From a virus: DNA of 64,000 nt. Below are positions 26,096-36,054 of the stretch, piece by piece. Each line of letters starts with the position of its first letter. Position 1 is the stretch's first letter. A model generated the notes under the pieces. The model made no database searches. It was not told the DNA's origin and was given only the letters and a program-made list of their open reading frames with translations. The position numbers and the translations under genes were made by a program. The stretch lies in the IMG/VR virus record IMGVR_UViG_3300035670_008749, positions 13,633-77,632 of that record; one strand, 5' to 3'.

Positions 26096-27012
26096 CAGAA
26101 AGAAGAAAAAGAAATATAACCCCGCAAGGATTTAAAAGAATATTAAATAGATTTCCTCCTGCTCCTTCCGTGGTAATAAAAAATAATGAAAATATATCTA
26201 ATAAAGAATTAGGTAATAAGAGTGAAGTAAATGTTGTACCTAAAGAAGAAAGAGATAACATGAATAATTATTATGAATTATATAATGACTATGAGGATGA
26301 TCCTAAAAAATATAATGTAAGTGTGGGATTTCTTATAGTAGCAACAGGAAAATATGATGTATTTATAGAGCCACTAATAAGATCAATAGAGAAATATTTT
26401 CTTCCTAATAACAAGAAGTTTTATAATATTTTTAGCGATAAGGATCTTTCATTTAAAAACATTGATTATTCTGTGTTTCCGGTGGAACATAAACCATTTC
26501 CTTACCCTACATTGTATAGATTTCACTTTTTTGAAAAATATAAAGAATCAATAAAAGGAGATCAACTTATTTATATAGATGCTGATACATTAATTACGTC
26601 ATCTATTGGAACAGAAGTTATAACACCTATTACTGTTACACAGCATTGCGGGTATGTTAATCGATGGGGGACTTTTGAAAATAGAACGGAGTCTAAATGC
26701 TTCGTTAGTAGAATGGATGGAAGAAATTATTATGGCGGGGGATTTTATTCGTTATCGAGAGACGAGTTTTTTAAGATGAGTTCGGAATGTAAAGAGATGA
26801 TAGATTGGGAATCTAATAAAGGGAGAGTACCTATTTGGCACGATGAATCTGCTTTAAATAAATATTTAACAATAGTAAAACCAACTAGGGTTCTTAGCCC
26901 TTCGTATCATTATCCGGAAGACAACCAAAAAATTTATTCATCGTGGGGGAACAATAAATTTGAATGTAAAATACTTTTATTAAACAAAGACCATAAAGAA
27001 ATAAGATCATGA
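26092..27012 (+). CDS. GT6 alpha-1,3-Gal/GalNAc transferase (ABO-type)
   Basis: IVATGKY, YIDAD, YYGGGF, WHDESALNKY, LSPSY, K-x-H-x-x-x-R C-terminus. Confidence 0.9.
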   Translation: MTERRKRNITPQGFKRILNRFPPAPSVVIKNNENISNKELGNKSEVNVVPKEERDNMNNYYELYNDYEDDPKKYNVSVGFLIVATGKYDVFIEPLIRSIEKYFLPNNKKFYNIFSDKDLSFKNIDYSVFPVEHKPFPYPTLYRFHFFEKYKESIKGDQLIYIDADTLITSSIGTEVITPITVTQHCGYVNRWGTFENRTESKCFVSRMDGRNYYGGGFYSLSRDEFFKMSSECKEMIDWESNKGRVPIWHDESALNKYLTIVKPTRVLSPSYHYPEDNQKIYSSWGNNKFECKILLLNKDHKEIRS

Positions 27013-27626
27013 GAATAGCATTAATATCTTTTCACAAAAACATAAGTAGATATCCCACAGAATGGATAGAAAAATACAGGGAATCAATAATAAATCAAAC
27101 GCATAAGGATTTTGATATATTTGAATTAAACTACGGTAATAGTGAGGAAAGAATATTTGAAAATAGTGAATTTATATCACTGAATCTTAATGATCATGCC
27201 CAAGCTCATAATTATCTGATTGAAAAATGCTTTAGTTTAAATTATGATATGGTATTAAATACCAATGTTGATGATCGATATCCATTAGACAGAGTAAAAA
27301 TACAGATAGATAATTTTAATCCCGAGATTTCTGTTATGTCTGGAAACTATGTTTCTTTTAGTGAAACAAGAGAAAATATACACTGTACAAAATTCCATGA
27401 GCTTGATATTTCTAAAGAATTTTTTAACAATCATAATATAGTTGCTCATCCTGCATGTGCTTATACTAAGAAAATGCTAGAATACAATGAAAAACTAATA
27501 TCTGAAGAAATTGCATCTGATGATTTTTGTATGTGGAAAAGGCTTTTATCCAAAGGGGCTAAATTTAAAATACTACCTAATGTACTTCTATACTATCGGA
27601 TAAGTGAACTTAAAACAAAATCGTAA
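27009..27626 (+). CDS. GT2-like glycosyltransferase
   Basis: SIINQT, NVDD, VAHPA, DDFCMW, LLYYR. Confidence 0.8.
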   Translation: MRIALISFHKNISRYPTEWIEKYRESIINQTHKDFDIFELNYGNSEERIFENSEFISLNLNDHAQAHNYLIEKCFSLNYDMVLNTNVDDRYPLDRVKIQIDNFNPEISVMSGNYVSFSETRENIHCTKFHELDISKEFFNNHNIVAHPACAYTKKMLEYNEKLISEEIASDDFCMWKRLLSKGAKFKILPNVLLYYRISELKTKS

Positions 27627-27629
27627 AAT

Positions 27630-28250
27630 ATGATAAACGATATATTCAAAGAAAATGTAAAAAAGTGGTTTAAAGATAAAGGTGATGTGTACAAAAGATT
27701 AGATTATCCAGAGTTAAATGAAAATTCCGTGGTATTTGATGTTGGTGGGTATTTGGGAACATTTGCCGAGTCTATTTATACTCGATACGGATCTAATATT
27801 TATTTATTTGAGCCTGTCGATGAGTTTTATCATGCTTGTAATTTTAAATTTAATCACCTTTCCAAGATAAGAAACTATAAGTTCGGTTTATCTAGTAATA
27901 ATACTATCTCTAATATTTATATTTCAGATGACGCTAGCTCTATCACGTATATAGATGATGCTAATATTGAATCTATAGAATTAAGGGATATAATAGAAGT
28001 AATAAGGGAATTAAATATAGATTCTGTTGATTTAATTAAGATTAACATAGAAGGTGAAGAATATAATCTATTAGAAAAACTCGTATCTGATGTGGATTTA
28101 TTAAAAAAAGTAAAAAATATACAAGTACAATATCACACTTTTATTCATGACGCAGAGGAAAGAAGAAAAAGCATAAATGAATCATTAAAAAATACCCACG
28201 AATGTACATGGTGCTATGATTGGGTTTGGGAGAACTGGAAATTAAAATAG
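27630..28250 (+). CDS. FkbM-family methyltransferase
   Basis: FDVGGYLG, FEP, IKINIEGEE. Confidence 0.88.
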   Translation: MINDIFKENVKKWFKDKGDVYKRLDYPELNENSVVFDVGGYLGTFAESIYTRYGSNIYLFEPVDEFYHACNFKFNHLSKIRNYKFGLSSNNTISNIYISDDASSITYIDDANIESIELRDIIEVIRELNIDSVDLIKINIEGEEYNLLEKLVSDVDLLKKVKNIQVQYHTFIHDAEERRKSINESLKNTHECTWCYDWVWENWKLK

Positions 28251-28251
28251 G

Positions 28252-28839
28252 ATGTTTTATTCACAAGCAGGACAGGATAAATGGGTTTTAGAAAAAACAA
28301 ATTCTAAAAAAAATGGATATTTTTTAGATATAGGTGCTTATGATGGAATTAATTATAGTAATACCTTATATTTTGAAAAGTATTTAAGTTGGAATGGTGT
28401 ATGTATAGAGCCAGATCTAAAAAATTATCAATTACTTGTTAAAAATAGGGACTGTATATGTGAAAACGTTGCAGTTAGCAATTTCAAAGGAAAAGTACCT
28501 TTTAGCAGTTCTGAAATGGGTAGCAAAATAAATGATTCCTATGATTATTTTATAGAATGTGATACACTAGAAAATATATTGATTAAAAATAATGCACCTC
28601 TATTTATAGATTATTTATCGATAGATGTTGAGGGTAGTGAGATAGCTATAATAGAAAATTTTCCTTTTAATAATTGGAAATTTGGAGCTATTACTATAGA
28701 GCATAATCTATATTCTGATGGTGACTATAGAAAAAAAGAAATACAAAAAATACTTACAAGTAACGGATATGTTATAGACAAAGAAAACGTAACTCATAAC
28801 GGTTTACCTTTTGAAGATTGGTACATCATTAAAAAATAA
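28252..28839 (+). CDS. FkbM-family methyltransferase
   Basis: YSQAGQD, LDIGAYDG, SNT, IEP, LSIDVEGSE. Confidence 0.9.
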   Translation: MFYSQAGQDKWVLEKTNSKKNGYFLDIGAYDGINYSNTLYFEKYLSWNGVCIEPDLKNYQLLVKNRDCICENVAVSNFKGKVPFSSSEMGSKINDSYDYFIECDTLENILIKNNAPLFIDYLSIDVEGSEIAIIENFPFNNWKFGAITIEHNLYSDGDYRKKEIQKILTSNGYVIDKENVTHNGLPFEDWYIIKK

Positions 28840-28841
28840 AT

Positions 28842-29747
28842 ATGAAATTTAAAAAAGTAGTAATATGGGGATACCCATTAGACACACATACTCATTCATA
28901 TATACATGCTTCATTTTATAAAGCTTTTAAAAGTTTAGGGTATGATACTTATTGGTTTACTGACGACAGATACGAGGACATAGGATTTGACGACTGTTTA
29001 TTTATTGCTGCAGGTGAACAAGAAAAAAATATACCTATTAATAAAAAATCTTATTATGTTTTACATAATGTTGATGGTAAAAAATATATCGACGCTGGAT
29101 GTAAAATATTAGTTCTACAGGTTCATACTAAAAAGGATGAATCATTTAAGAGTGAGGTAATAAACGATTATACTTTTATAAATAAAGATACAATTAATAC
29201 ACTATATACATGTTGGGCAACTGATCTATTGCCATCAGAGATAGATCTAGGACTTGCTAAAAATGTACAGAATCCCAAGAAATGTCTTTGGATAGGAACA
29301 TTCGGAGATTCTGTAGGTGTTTATCAGAATGGTACTGAATTAGATCCATTTTTTAATTCTTGTAAAGCAAACGGAATAGATGTTATTAAGATAAACCCAT
29401 GGTCATCCCCGGTTTCTTTTGAACAAAATATGGTTATGGTAAATTCATCGTACATCTCTCCTACTATACAAGGACCTTGGCAAATTGAGAACGAATATAT
29501 TCCTTGTAGGATATTTAAGAATCTATCTTACGGACATATGGGATATGTTAATTCACCTAGGGTTAATTCTTTATTTAGTAATGAACTTATATTCAGCAGA
29601 GATACCTCTGAGCTGTTTAATAAATCTATAGATTTTAAAAATTCCAATGATCATATTGAAAGATTAAAATATCTGATGAATGAGGTTAAAGAAAAGCACA
29701 CATATGTAAATAGAATAAAACAAATAATAGAATGCTTACCAGAGTAG
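28842..29747 (+). CDS. Putative GT-B glycosyltransferase (CgeB-like C-terminus)
   Basis: PCRIFKNLSYG and EKHTYVNRIKQI. Confidence 0.6.
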   Translation: MKFKKVVIWGYPLDTHTHSYIHASFYKAFKSLGYDTYWFTDDRYEDIGFDDCLFIAAGEQEKNIPINKKSYYVLHNVDGKKYIDAGCKILVLQVHTKKDESFKSEVINDYTFINKDTINTLYTCWATDLLPSEIDLGLAKNVQNPKKCLWIGTFGDSVGVYQNGTELDPFFNSCKANGIDVIKINPWSSPVSFEQNMVMVNSSYISPTIQGPWQIENEYIPCRIFKNLSYGHMGYVNSPRVNSLFSNELIFSRDTSELFNKSIDFKNSNDHIERLKYLMNEVKEKHTYVNRIKQIIECLPE

Positions 29748-30493
29748 ATAAAGCCTTATTATGTAAAGATTGTGATTCTCTAGATAGAGACTTAAATAGT
29801 GGAAATATAGTGGATAATTTCCAGATAATGCACAATGGAATAAAAATAATAAAGGACTGTTATTGTGGAGAATGGATGACTGAATTAATATTAAAATGTA
29901 AAGGACACCACGAACCACAGGAGGAGTTTGCTTTTTATAAAGTTTTAGAAAAAATAAAGGAAGGAGCATTAATGATAGAAGTTGGATCATCATGGTCTTA
30001 CTATTCTATGTGGTTTAATAAAAAAATAGAAGGAGCTAAAAATTTCATGATAGACGTGGATTCAATTAACCTTAATTTAGGTATAGAGAATTTTAAAATT
30101 AATAACATGAAAGGGAGATTTCATATAGGAAGAATACCAGAATTAAATATTTTAGATTTTATAAATCAAAATTCCATTGATTTTGTAGATATCCTTCATG
30201 TAGATATACAAGGATGGGAATATCATCTTCTGGAACAGCTTGGTGACTCTATAAAAAATATCGGATACATTTTTATATCTACTCACACTGATAAGAATAA
30301 TAATGGTAAAGATTGGGGAGCACCTAAAGAATTACTACACGAGGAATGCTTATCCTTTTTGATCGATAAAAAATTTAAAATACTGTGTGAACATGATATG
30401 AATGAATCATATTCACACGACGGATTAATAGTAGCTAGAAATCCAACCATAGATAATGATTTCTCTAAAATAAATATTTCAAAATATTGTTGA
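29732..30493 (+). CDS. FkbM-like methyltransferase
   Basis: HHEPQEE, IEVGS, LHVDIQGWE, ISTH. Confidence 0.8.
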   Translation: MLTRVDKALLCKDCDSLDRDLNSGNIVDNFQIMHNGIKIIKDCYCGEWMTELILKCKGHHEPQEEFAFYKVLEKIKEGALMIEVGSSWSYYSMWFNKKIEGAKNFMIDVDSINLNLGIENFKINNMKGRFHIGRIPELNILDFINQNSIDFVDILHVDIQGWEYHLLEQLGDSIKNIGYIFISTHTDKNNNGKDWGAPKELLHEECLSFLIDKKFKILCEHDMNESYSHDGLIVARNPTIDNDFSKINISKYC

Positions 30494-30495
30494 TT

Positions 30496-31194
30496 ATGAA
30501 TAAAATAGAATTGCTTGATAAGTACAAAGATTTATTAGATGGAGGATCTAATGAGGGATTAAGATATAATGATCCTGATAGATCGAGATATATGTCATTT
30601 AAACACTGCTTGGAATTTTTAAGTAAAAGGGATAATGCTGATGTATTAGAACTAGGTACTTCCAGAAGTTTTGTTGATGGTAAATTTGAAGGATGTAACA
30701 TGAATGACCCTAAATACTGGGATCCTAATGATTTCTCTAAGTGGGATTGGGGAGCTGGATGTTTTACATTAATATTCGGTACTATTGGTAATTATAATTC
30801 ATTTACCACTGTTGATTTAATTGAATCACATTTGAAAAGATGTAAGATAATGACAGATTCTTTAAATATTAAGTGTAATCATGTTACATCCGATTCCACA
30901 ATATATTTAGAAAACACTGATAAAAAATATGATCTTATATATTTAGATACTGGCGACATGTGGCCTATAGAATATACATGTAATCTACAACTAAAAGAAG
31001 CAGAAATCATAGTTCGTAGAGATCTTTTAAAAGAGGGTGGAATAATATTAATCGATGATGTATTAAATGGTACACCTAGAGAAATGGGAGATATAGACAA
31101 TAAATTAGGTAAATCTGAAGAATCAATACCCTACCTTGTTCAAAAAGGATATGATATAATATTCGAAGGATATCAATATATACTAAAAAAATAA
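30496..31194 (+). CDS. Class I SAM methyltransferase (Methyltransf_24-like)
   Basis: VLELGT, DLIYLD, LKEGGIILIDD. ATG 30496 preferred to TTG 30487. Confidence 0.8.
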   Translation: MNKIELLDKYKDLLDGGSNEGLRYNDPDRSRYMSFKHCLEFLSKRDNADVLELGTSRSFVDGKFEGCNMNDPKYWDPNDFSKWDWGAGCFTLIFGTIGNYNSFTTVDLIESHLKRCKIMTDSLNIKCNHVTSDSTIYLENTDKKYDLIYLDTGDMWPIEYTCNLQLKEAEIIVRRDLLKEGGIILIDDVLNGTPREMGDIDNKLGKSEESIPYLVQKGYDIIFEGYQYILKK

Positions 31195-31198
31195 AAAA

Positions 31199-31831
31199 AT
31201 GACAAATTACAATTTTACAGCTACACAGGACTGGCATTTTTACTTTTCTAAAATATTTGAAACTACTAAGATAGCAAATATGTTAGAATTTGGATTAGGA
31301 GTGGGCACACCATACCTAGCAGATAACTGCGAATATTTAAAATCAGTCGAACTATCTCTAGGATCTTATAATTTAGAGTGGTATCAACAAACACTAGAAA
31401 AAATGAAGGATCGAAAAAATTGGGATTGTGTTTATGTGGAAGTCAATCAAAATATAGTACAGGCTAATGAGAATGCACAAAGATTAAGATTTCCTTTAGC
31501 AGATACTAATTATCTTAATGACCTTAGTGAATTGGTTTTGCCTTTTATGTCAGATAGAAAATATGACTTTATATTTGTAGACGCGGGAATACACACAAGA
31601 GGAGATCTAGTAAATTTATCTTTTCATAAAGCTGATATAATTGCAGCACATGACACGAGTAGGGATACTAATAGAGTTTTAAAAAATGTCTATGGATATA
31701 ACATAGTAAAAGTTCCAGCTGATTACGAAGAAATACATTTTGAAGATACGTATATGGGCACTACAATCTGGGTTAAAAATGACAGAGTAGATCTAATAAA
31801 TATTTTAAGAAACTATAAAGTAAATCAATGA
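31199..31831 (+). CDS. Class I SAM methyltransferase
   Basis: MLEFGLGVGT, YDFIFVD, AHDT. Confidence 0.7.
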   Translation: MTNYNFTATQDWHFYFSKIFETTKIANMLEFGLGVGTPYLADNCEYLKSVELSLGSYNLEWYQQTLEKMKDRKNWDCVYVEVNQNIVQANENAQRLRFPLADTNYLNDLSELVLPFMSDRKYDFIFVDAGIHTRGDLVNLSFHKADIIAAHDTSRDTNRVLKNVYGYNIVKVPADYEEIHFEDTYMGTTIWVKNDRVDLINILRNYKVNQ

Positions 31832-32799
31832 GAATCTTACACGTAACATATCATTCAGGGTGTGTTATATCTGTGGATTATATTTGTAATAAGCTCGGAT
31901 ATCATTTAGAAACCCAAAGAGCTAATTGGAATTATAATATTTCTCAAGACCTTGCTGATAATATATGGAATCAAAACAGGGATTACTACAATTCTTTCGA
32001 TTGTGTTATTACCTCAGATACCGCGCCTCTTTCTAGAATATTTCTTAGAGAACAGTTCAGAGGAAAATTAATAATCTGGGTGTGTAATAGATTTGATTAC
32101 AACGACGGAGCAACTAATTCGGTAAATTTTCCAGATCCCGGTTATTATGACATATTCAAGTCTGCTCTCAATAGGCCTAATACCATTATTAGATCCTATA
32201 CAAAATTTGAACACGAATATGCTAAAAAGTACAGAGGCATAGAATGGGATCCCGAAGTTTTTAGACCTGTTAGTATTGTTGAGAAAATTGCTAAGTCTGA
32301 ATTTTTCCCTAGCGGACAAAAAAAGAGTGACACCTTTTTAATAACCAGATATCACAACGATAATATTTATATGGATCTTAAAGGAGTTTGCGATAAATTA
32401 GGTATACCTACATACAGAGGGGAATATAATGGACCTTCGGATCTTATAGGGATAAGAGGTATAATACACATTCCGTATGCCTGGTCTAATCTAGCGATCT
32501 TTGAAAATTGGTCTATCGGTAATGTTTACTTTATACCATCTAAAAAATTCTTATTAGATCTTTCGTGTCAATCTAATTTTTTCTGGAGCCCCCCGTTTGA
32601 TAGGGGATATATTGAATCTTCCGAATGGTATTTACCCGAGCACAATGATTTATTTATTTACTTTAATTCTTTTGATCATCTGGTAGAATTAACTAAAAAT
32701 AATGAATTGATAGAAAAGAAAAGAAACAATATTATAAATTTCAGTAAGATCCATGAGGGGAAATGTATTTCTCAGTGGAAAGATATAATTGAAAGATGA
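31828..32799 (+). CDS. Putative glycosyltransferase
   Basis: MRILHV start, HIPYAWSNLAIFE; operon context. Confidence 0.5.
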   Translation: MRILHVTYHSGCVISVDYICNKLGYHLETQRANWNYNISQDLADNIWNQNRDYYNSFDCVITSDTAPLSRIFLREQFRGKLIIWVCNRFDYNDGATNSVNFPDPGYYDIFKSALNRPNTIIRSYTKFEHEYAKKYRGIEWDPEVFRPVSIVEKIAKSEFFPSGQKKSDTFLITRYHNDNIYMDLKGVCDKLGIPTYRGEYNGPSDLIGIRGIIHIPYAWSNLAIFENWSIGNVYFIPSKKFLLDLSCQSNFFWSPPFDRGYIESSEWYLPEHNDLFIYFNSFDHLVELTKNNELIEKKRNNIINFSKIHEGKCISQWKDIIER

Positions 32800-33542
32800 T
32801 AACGTTTTCTAGAATTGGATCCTTCGGTAGATTGGGTAACCAGATGTTCCAAATAGCAGCAGCAATAGGACTTGCAGAAAGAAATAATGATATTGCTTTT
32901 TTTAATAAATGGGAATACTCTAAATATTTCAAAATCCCCATAAATCAAAATCTAGATCGGAATAATATAAAGAAAGTTTTCAACGAGAGAGGATTTCATT
33001 ACTCTCCTATACCTTATTATAACGGGACAGATTTGGTTGGATATTTCCAGTCCGAAAAGTATTTTATAGATGCTATTGAAACTGTTAAAAAACACTTTGA
33101 TTTTATAGATGAACTGCACGATGGTACTATAGAAAGTAATAAGGAAACTTGTTCCATACACGTAAGGAGAGGTGATTATTTAAATATTACTGAATATCAT
33201 CCTGTACAAGATATGCAGTATTATAATAAAGCTATTGATCACATGAGAGGGAGAGGTGTAAATCTTTTCTACGTTTTTTCTGATGATGTTGATTGGTGTA
33301 AAAAAAACTTTCCTATCGATGATAGTATTAAATATGTACAGGGAAATATAGACGTAAAGGATTTGTGTCTTATGTCCTCTTGTAAAAATAATATAATAGC
33401 TAATTCTAGTTTTTCTTGGTGGGGTGCTTGGCTAAACAAGAATCCAAATAAAATTGTGATAGCACCCGAAAGATGGTTTGGTCCAGCTAAAAGAGGTACT
33501 ATACTTGATGATTTATATTGCGAAAGCTGGCTAAAATTCTAA
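32796..33542 (+). CDS. GT11 alpha-1,2-fucosyltransferase
   Basis: GRLGNQMFQ, GYFQSEKYF, HVRRGDY, FSDD, ANSSFSWWGAWL. Confidence 0.93.
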   Translation: MITFSRIGSFGRLGNQMFQIAAAIGLAERNNDIAFFNKWEYSKYFKIPINQNLDRNNIKKVFNERGFHYSPIPYYNGTDLVGYFQSEKYFIDAIETVKKHFDFIDELHDGTIESNKETCSIHVRRGDYLNITEYHPVQDMQYYNKAIDHMRGRGVNLFYVFSDDVDWCKKNFPIDDSIKYVQGNIDVKDLCLMSSCKNNIIANSSFSWWGAWLNKNPNKIVIAPERWFGPAKRGTILDDLYCESWLKF

Positions 33543-33546
33543 AAAA

Positions 33547-34485
33547 ATGAAAAAAATACTTATTCTTGGTTCTAATGGATTGGTTGGATCTAATCTATAT
33601 AAAAAATATATAGAAAAATATCCTGATGCTAGTGTTTTAGCACCGAAGAGATATAATCTAAATTTAACTTCTTGGAAGGATACAATAGATTACTTTTTGA
33701 CTCACAAACCGGATGTTGTTTTTCTTTGTGCAGCTAAGGTGGGAGGAATAAAAGCCAATAACGATAATAAAGCTACTTTTATAACTACTAACCTAAAAAT
33801 ACAAACCAATGTTATCGAATCCTGTCATTTATCTGGGGTTAAAAAATTGGTCTTTCTAGGATCTTCCTGCATATATCCAAAAAATTGTCCGCAGCCTATA
33901 AAGGAAGAATATCTTTTGACTGGTCCTTTAGAAGAAACAAACGATGCTTATGCTATAGCTAAGATTGCTGGTATTAAGATGTGTCAATCATACAGACAAC
34001 AATACGGAACTGATTATATCTCTGTTATGCCTTGTAATCTTTATGGTCCAGGTGATAATTTTGATCTTAATACGTGTCACGTTCTTCCGGCTTTAATTAG
34101 GAAATTTCATGAGGCTAAAAAAAATAATCTCCCCGAAGTTGAAGTGTGGGGGACAGGAAAACCGATGAGGGAATTTTTATATGTCGAAGATTTAGTAGAA
34201 GCTCTTATTTATTTGTCAGAAAATTATTCTTCGGGTGAAATAATAAATGTTGGTTCTGGTGAGGATATCTCAATATCAGATCTTTCTAATACTATAGCTA
34301 AAGTTGTTGGATATAATGGAGCTATAAGATTTAATACTGAATATCCGGATGGGACTTATCGTAAAGTTATGGATGTTTCTCGAATCACTGAAACCGGATG
34401 GAAGCCTTCTACTACAATAGATGAGGGGATTAAAAAAACTTATGAATACTATAAAAATACAATATGCCGATTAGAAAAGCAATAA
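33547..34485 (+). CDS. fcl: GDP-L-fucose synthase
   Basis: GSNGLVG, AAKVGGI, LGSSCIYP, YAIAK, PCNLYGP, WGTG..REF. Confidence 0.95.
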   Translation: MKKILILGSNGLVGSNLYKKYIEKYPDASVLAPKRYNLNLTSWKDTIDYFLTHKPDVVFLCAAKVGGIKANNDNKATFITTNLKIQTNVIESCHLSGVKKLVFLGSSCIYPKNCPQPIKEEYLLTGPLEETNDAYAIAKIAGIKMCQSYRQQYGTDYISVMPCNLYGPGDNFDLNTCHVLPALIRKFHEAKKNNLPEVEVWGTGKPMREFLYVEDLVEALIYLSENYSSGEIINVGSGEDISISDLSNTIAKVVGYNGAIRFNTEYPDGTYRKVMDVSRITETGWKPSTTIDEGIKKTYEYYKNTICRLEKQ

Positions 34486-35486
34486 TAACTGGCGTCAATG
34501 GACAAGATGGTAGTTATCTTGCGGAGCTGCTTTTAGAAAAAGGATACAAAGTACATGGAACAATACGAAGATCCTCGTCTTTTAATACATGGAGAATAGA
34601 TCATCTCAGAAAAAATCCAATGTTTAAGTGGCACTACGCTGATGTTACGGATCCAGTATCGATTAGTAATCTAATATCAACAATTAAACCTGACGAATTT
34701 TACAACTTGGCTGCTCAAAGTCATGTGAAGATCTCTTTTGAAATCCCTTATTATACTGGACAAGTAGATGCTATAGGAACTTTAAACGTTTTAGAGTCAA
34801 TAAGAACTCATTCACCAAAGACTAAACTATATCAAGCATCGACATCTGAGCTTTATGGCAAAGTACAGGAAATACCTCAAACAGAAAAAACTCCTTTTTA
34901 TCCAAGAAGTCCTTACGGGGTTGCTAAACTTTACGGATTTTGGATTATAAAAAACTACAGAGAAGCTTACAACATCTTTGCATGTAATGGTATTCTCTTT
35001 AATCATACATCTCCCAGAAGGGGCGAGAATTTTGTAGAGAAGAAGATTGTTGATGGATTAGTTGACATTAAACTAGGTAAATCTGATATTTTAAAATTAG
35101 GTAACTTAAATTCATCAAGAGATATTGGACACGCTAAAGAATATGTTGAAGGTATGTGGAGGATGCTACAGCAGGAACATCCGAGGGACTTTGTTCTTGC
35201 AACAGGTGTTACATATACAATAAAAGAAATTGTAGAAATGACCTCTTTAAAGTTGGGAATGGAAATAGAATTTACGGGAAAAGAAGAGGAAGAGATTGGT
35301 AGAATAAAAGAAACCGGAAGAAGAATAATTGAGGTGGATCCTAAATATTTCAGACCATCAGAGGTTGATCTATTAATTGGTGATGCTACTGAGGCAAAAA
35401 AAAATCTAGGATGGGAACCTAAGCTTTCCCTTTCTAATATAATAGATGAAATGATAGAAGATAAAATAAAATCTTATGGACTATAA
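34464..35486 (+). CDS. gmd: GDP-mannose 4,6-dehydratase
   Basis: ITGVNGQDGSYL, LAAQSHV, QASTSELYG, PRSPYGVAK. Confidence 0.96.
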   Translation: MPIRKAIITGVNGQDGSYLAELLLEKGYKVHGTIRRSSSFNTWRIDHLRKNPMFKWHYADVTDPVSISNLISTIKPDEFYNLAAQSHVKISFEIPYYTGQVDAIGTLNVLESIRTHSPKTKLYQASTSELYGKVQEIPQTEKTPFYPRSPYGVAKLYGFWIIKNYREAYNIFACNGILFNHTSPRRGENFVEKKIVDGLVDIKLGKSDILKLGNLNSSRDIGHAKEYVEGMWRMLQQEHPRDFVLATGVTYTIKEIVEMTSLKLGMEIEFTGKEEEEIGRIKETGRRIIEVDPKYFRPSEVDLLIGDATEAKKNLGWEPKLSLSNIIDEMIEDKIKSYGL

Positions 35487-36054
35487 TCTATTAATAGAAA
35501 AAGAGATAGAAGCTCTAAGAAAAATACCAGTCGAAAGGGTTGAGGATATTATTAGACACATACATTGGAATTTAACGTCTGGTAGGATAATTACTTCTGG
35601 GATGGGCAAAGCTGGTCAGATAGCTCATACTTTTGCAACAACTCTTTCTTCTACGGGAACCCCAGCTTTCTTTTTACACCCCTCAGAAGCTCAACATGGA
35701 GATTTGGGAATAATACAACCTGGTGATATAATTATAGTTTTTAGTAATTCGGGTAAGACTAGAGAGGTTATAGAACTAATAGATCTAATCCATAATCTGG
35801 GATACAACAATTACATATACGCTATCGTTGGAACCAAAACCCAAGATATCTCTATAAAATGTGCAGACTACATTGAATTTGGTCCTGTTGAGGAAATATG
35901 TCCGATGGGATTAACCCCAACAACTTCAACAACATGTATGTCTGTTATATCTGATCTAATCGTAGTTGGTCTGATGAAAAAAAATAGTTTTAATAAAGAA
36001 AAATACTCAAAGCTTCACCATGGTGGATATCTCGGTCAGAAATCAAAAAACTAG
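35476..36054 (+). CDS. kdsD: Arabinose-5-phosphate isomerase, SIS domain only
   Basis: SGMGKAG, STGTPAFFLHPSEAQHGDLG, SNSG, PTTST, HHGG; no CBS domains. Confidence 0.9.
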   Translation: MDYNLLIEKEIEALRKIPVERVEDIIRHIHWNLTSGRIITSGMGKAGQIAHTFATTLSSTGTPAFFLHPSEAQHGDLGIIQPGDIIIVFSNSGKTREVIELIDLIHNLGYNNYIYAIVGTKTQDISIKCADYIEFGPVEEICPMGLTPTTSTTCMSVISDLIVVGLMKKNSFNKEKYSKLHHGGYLGQKSKN

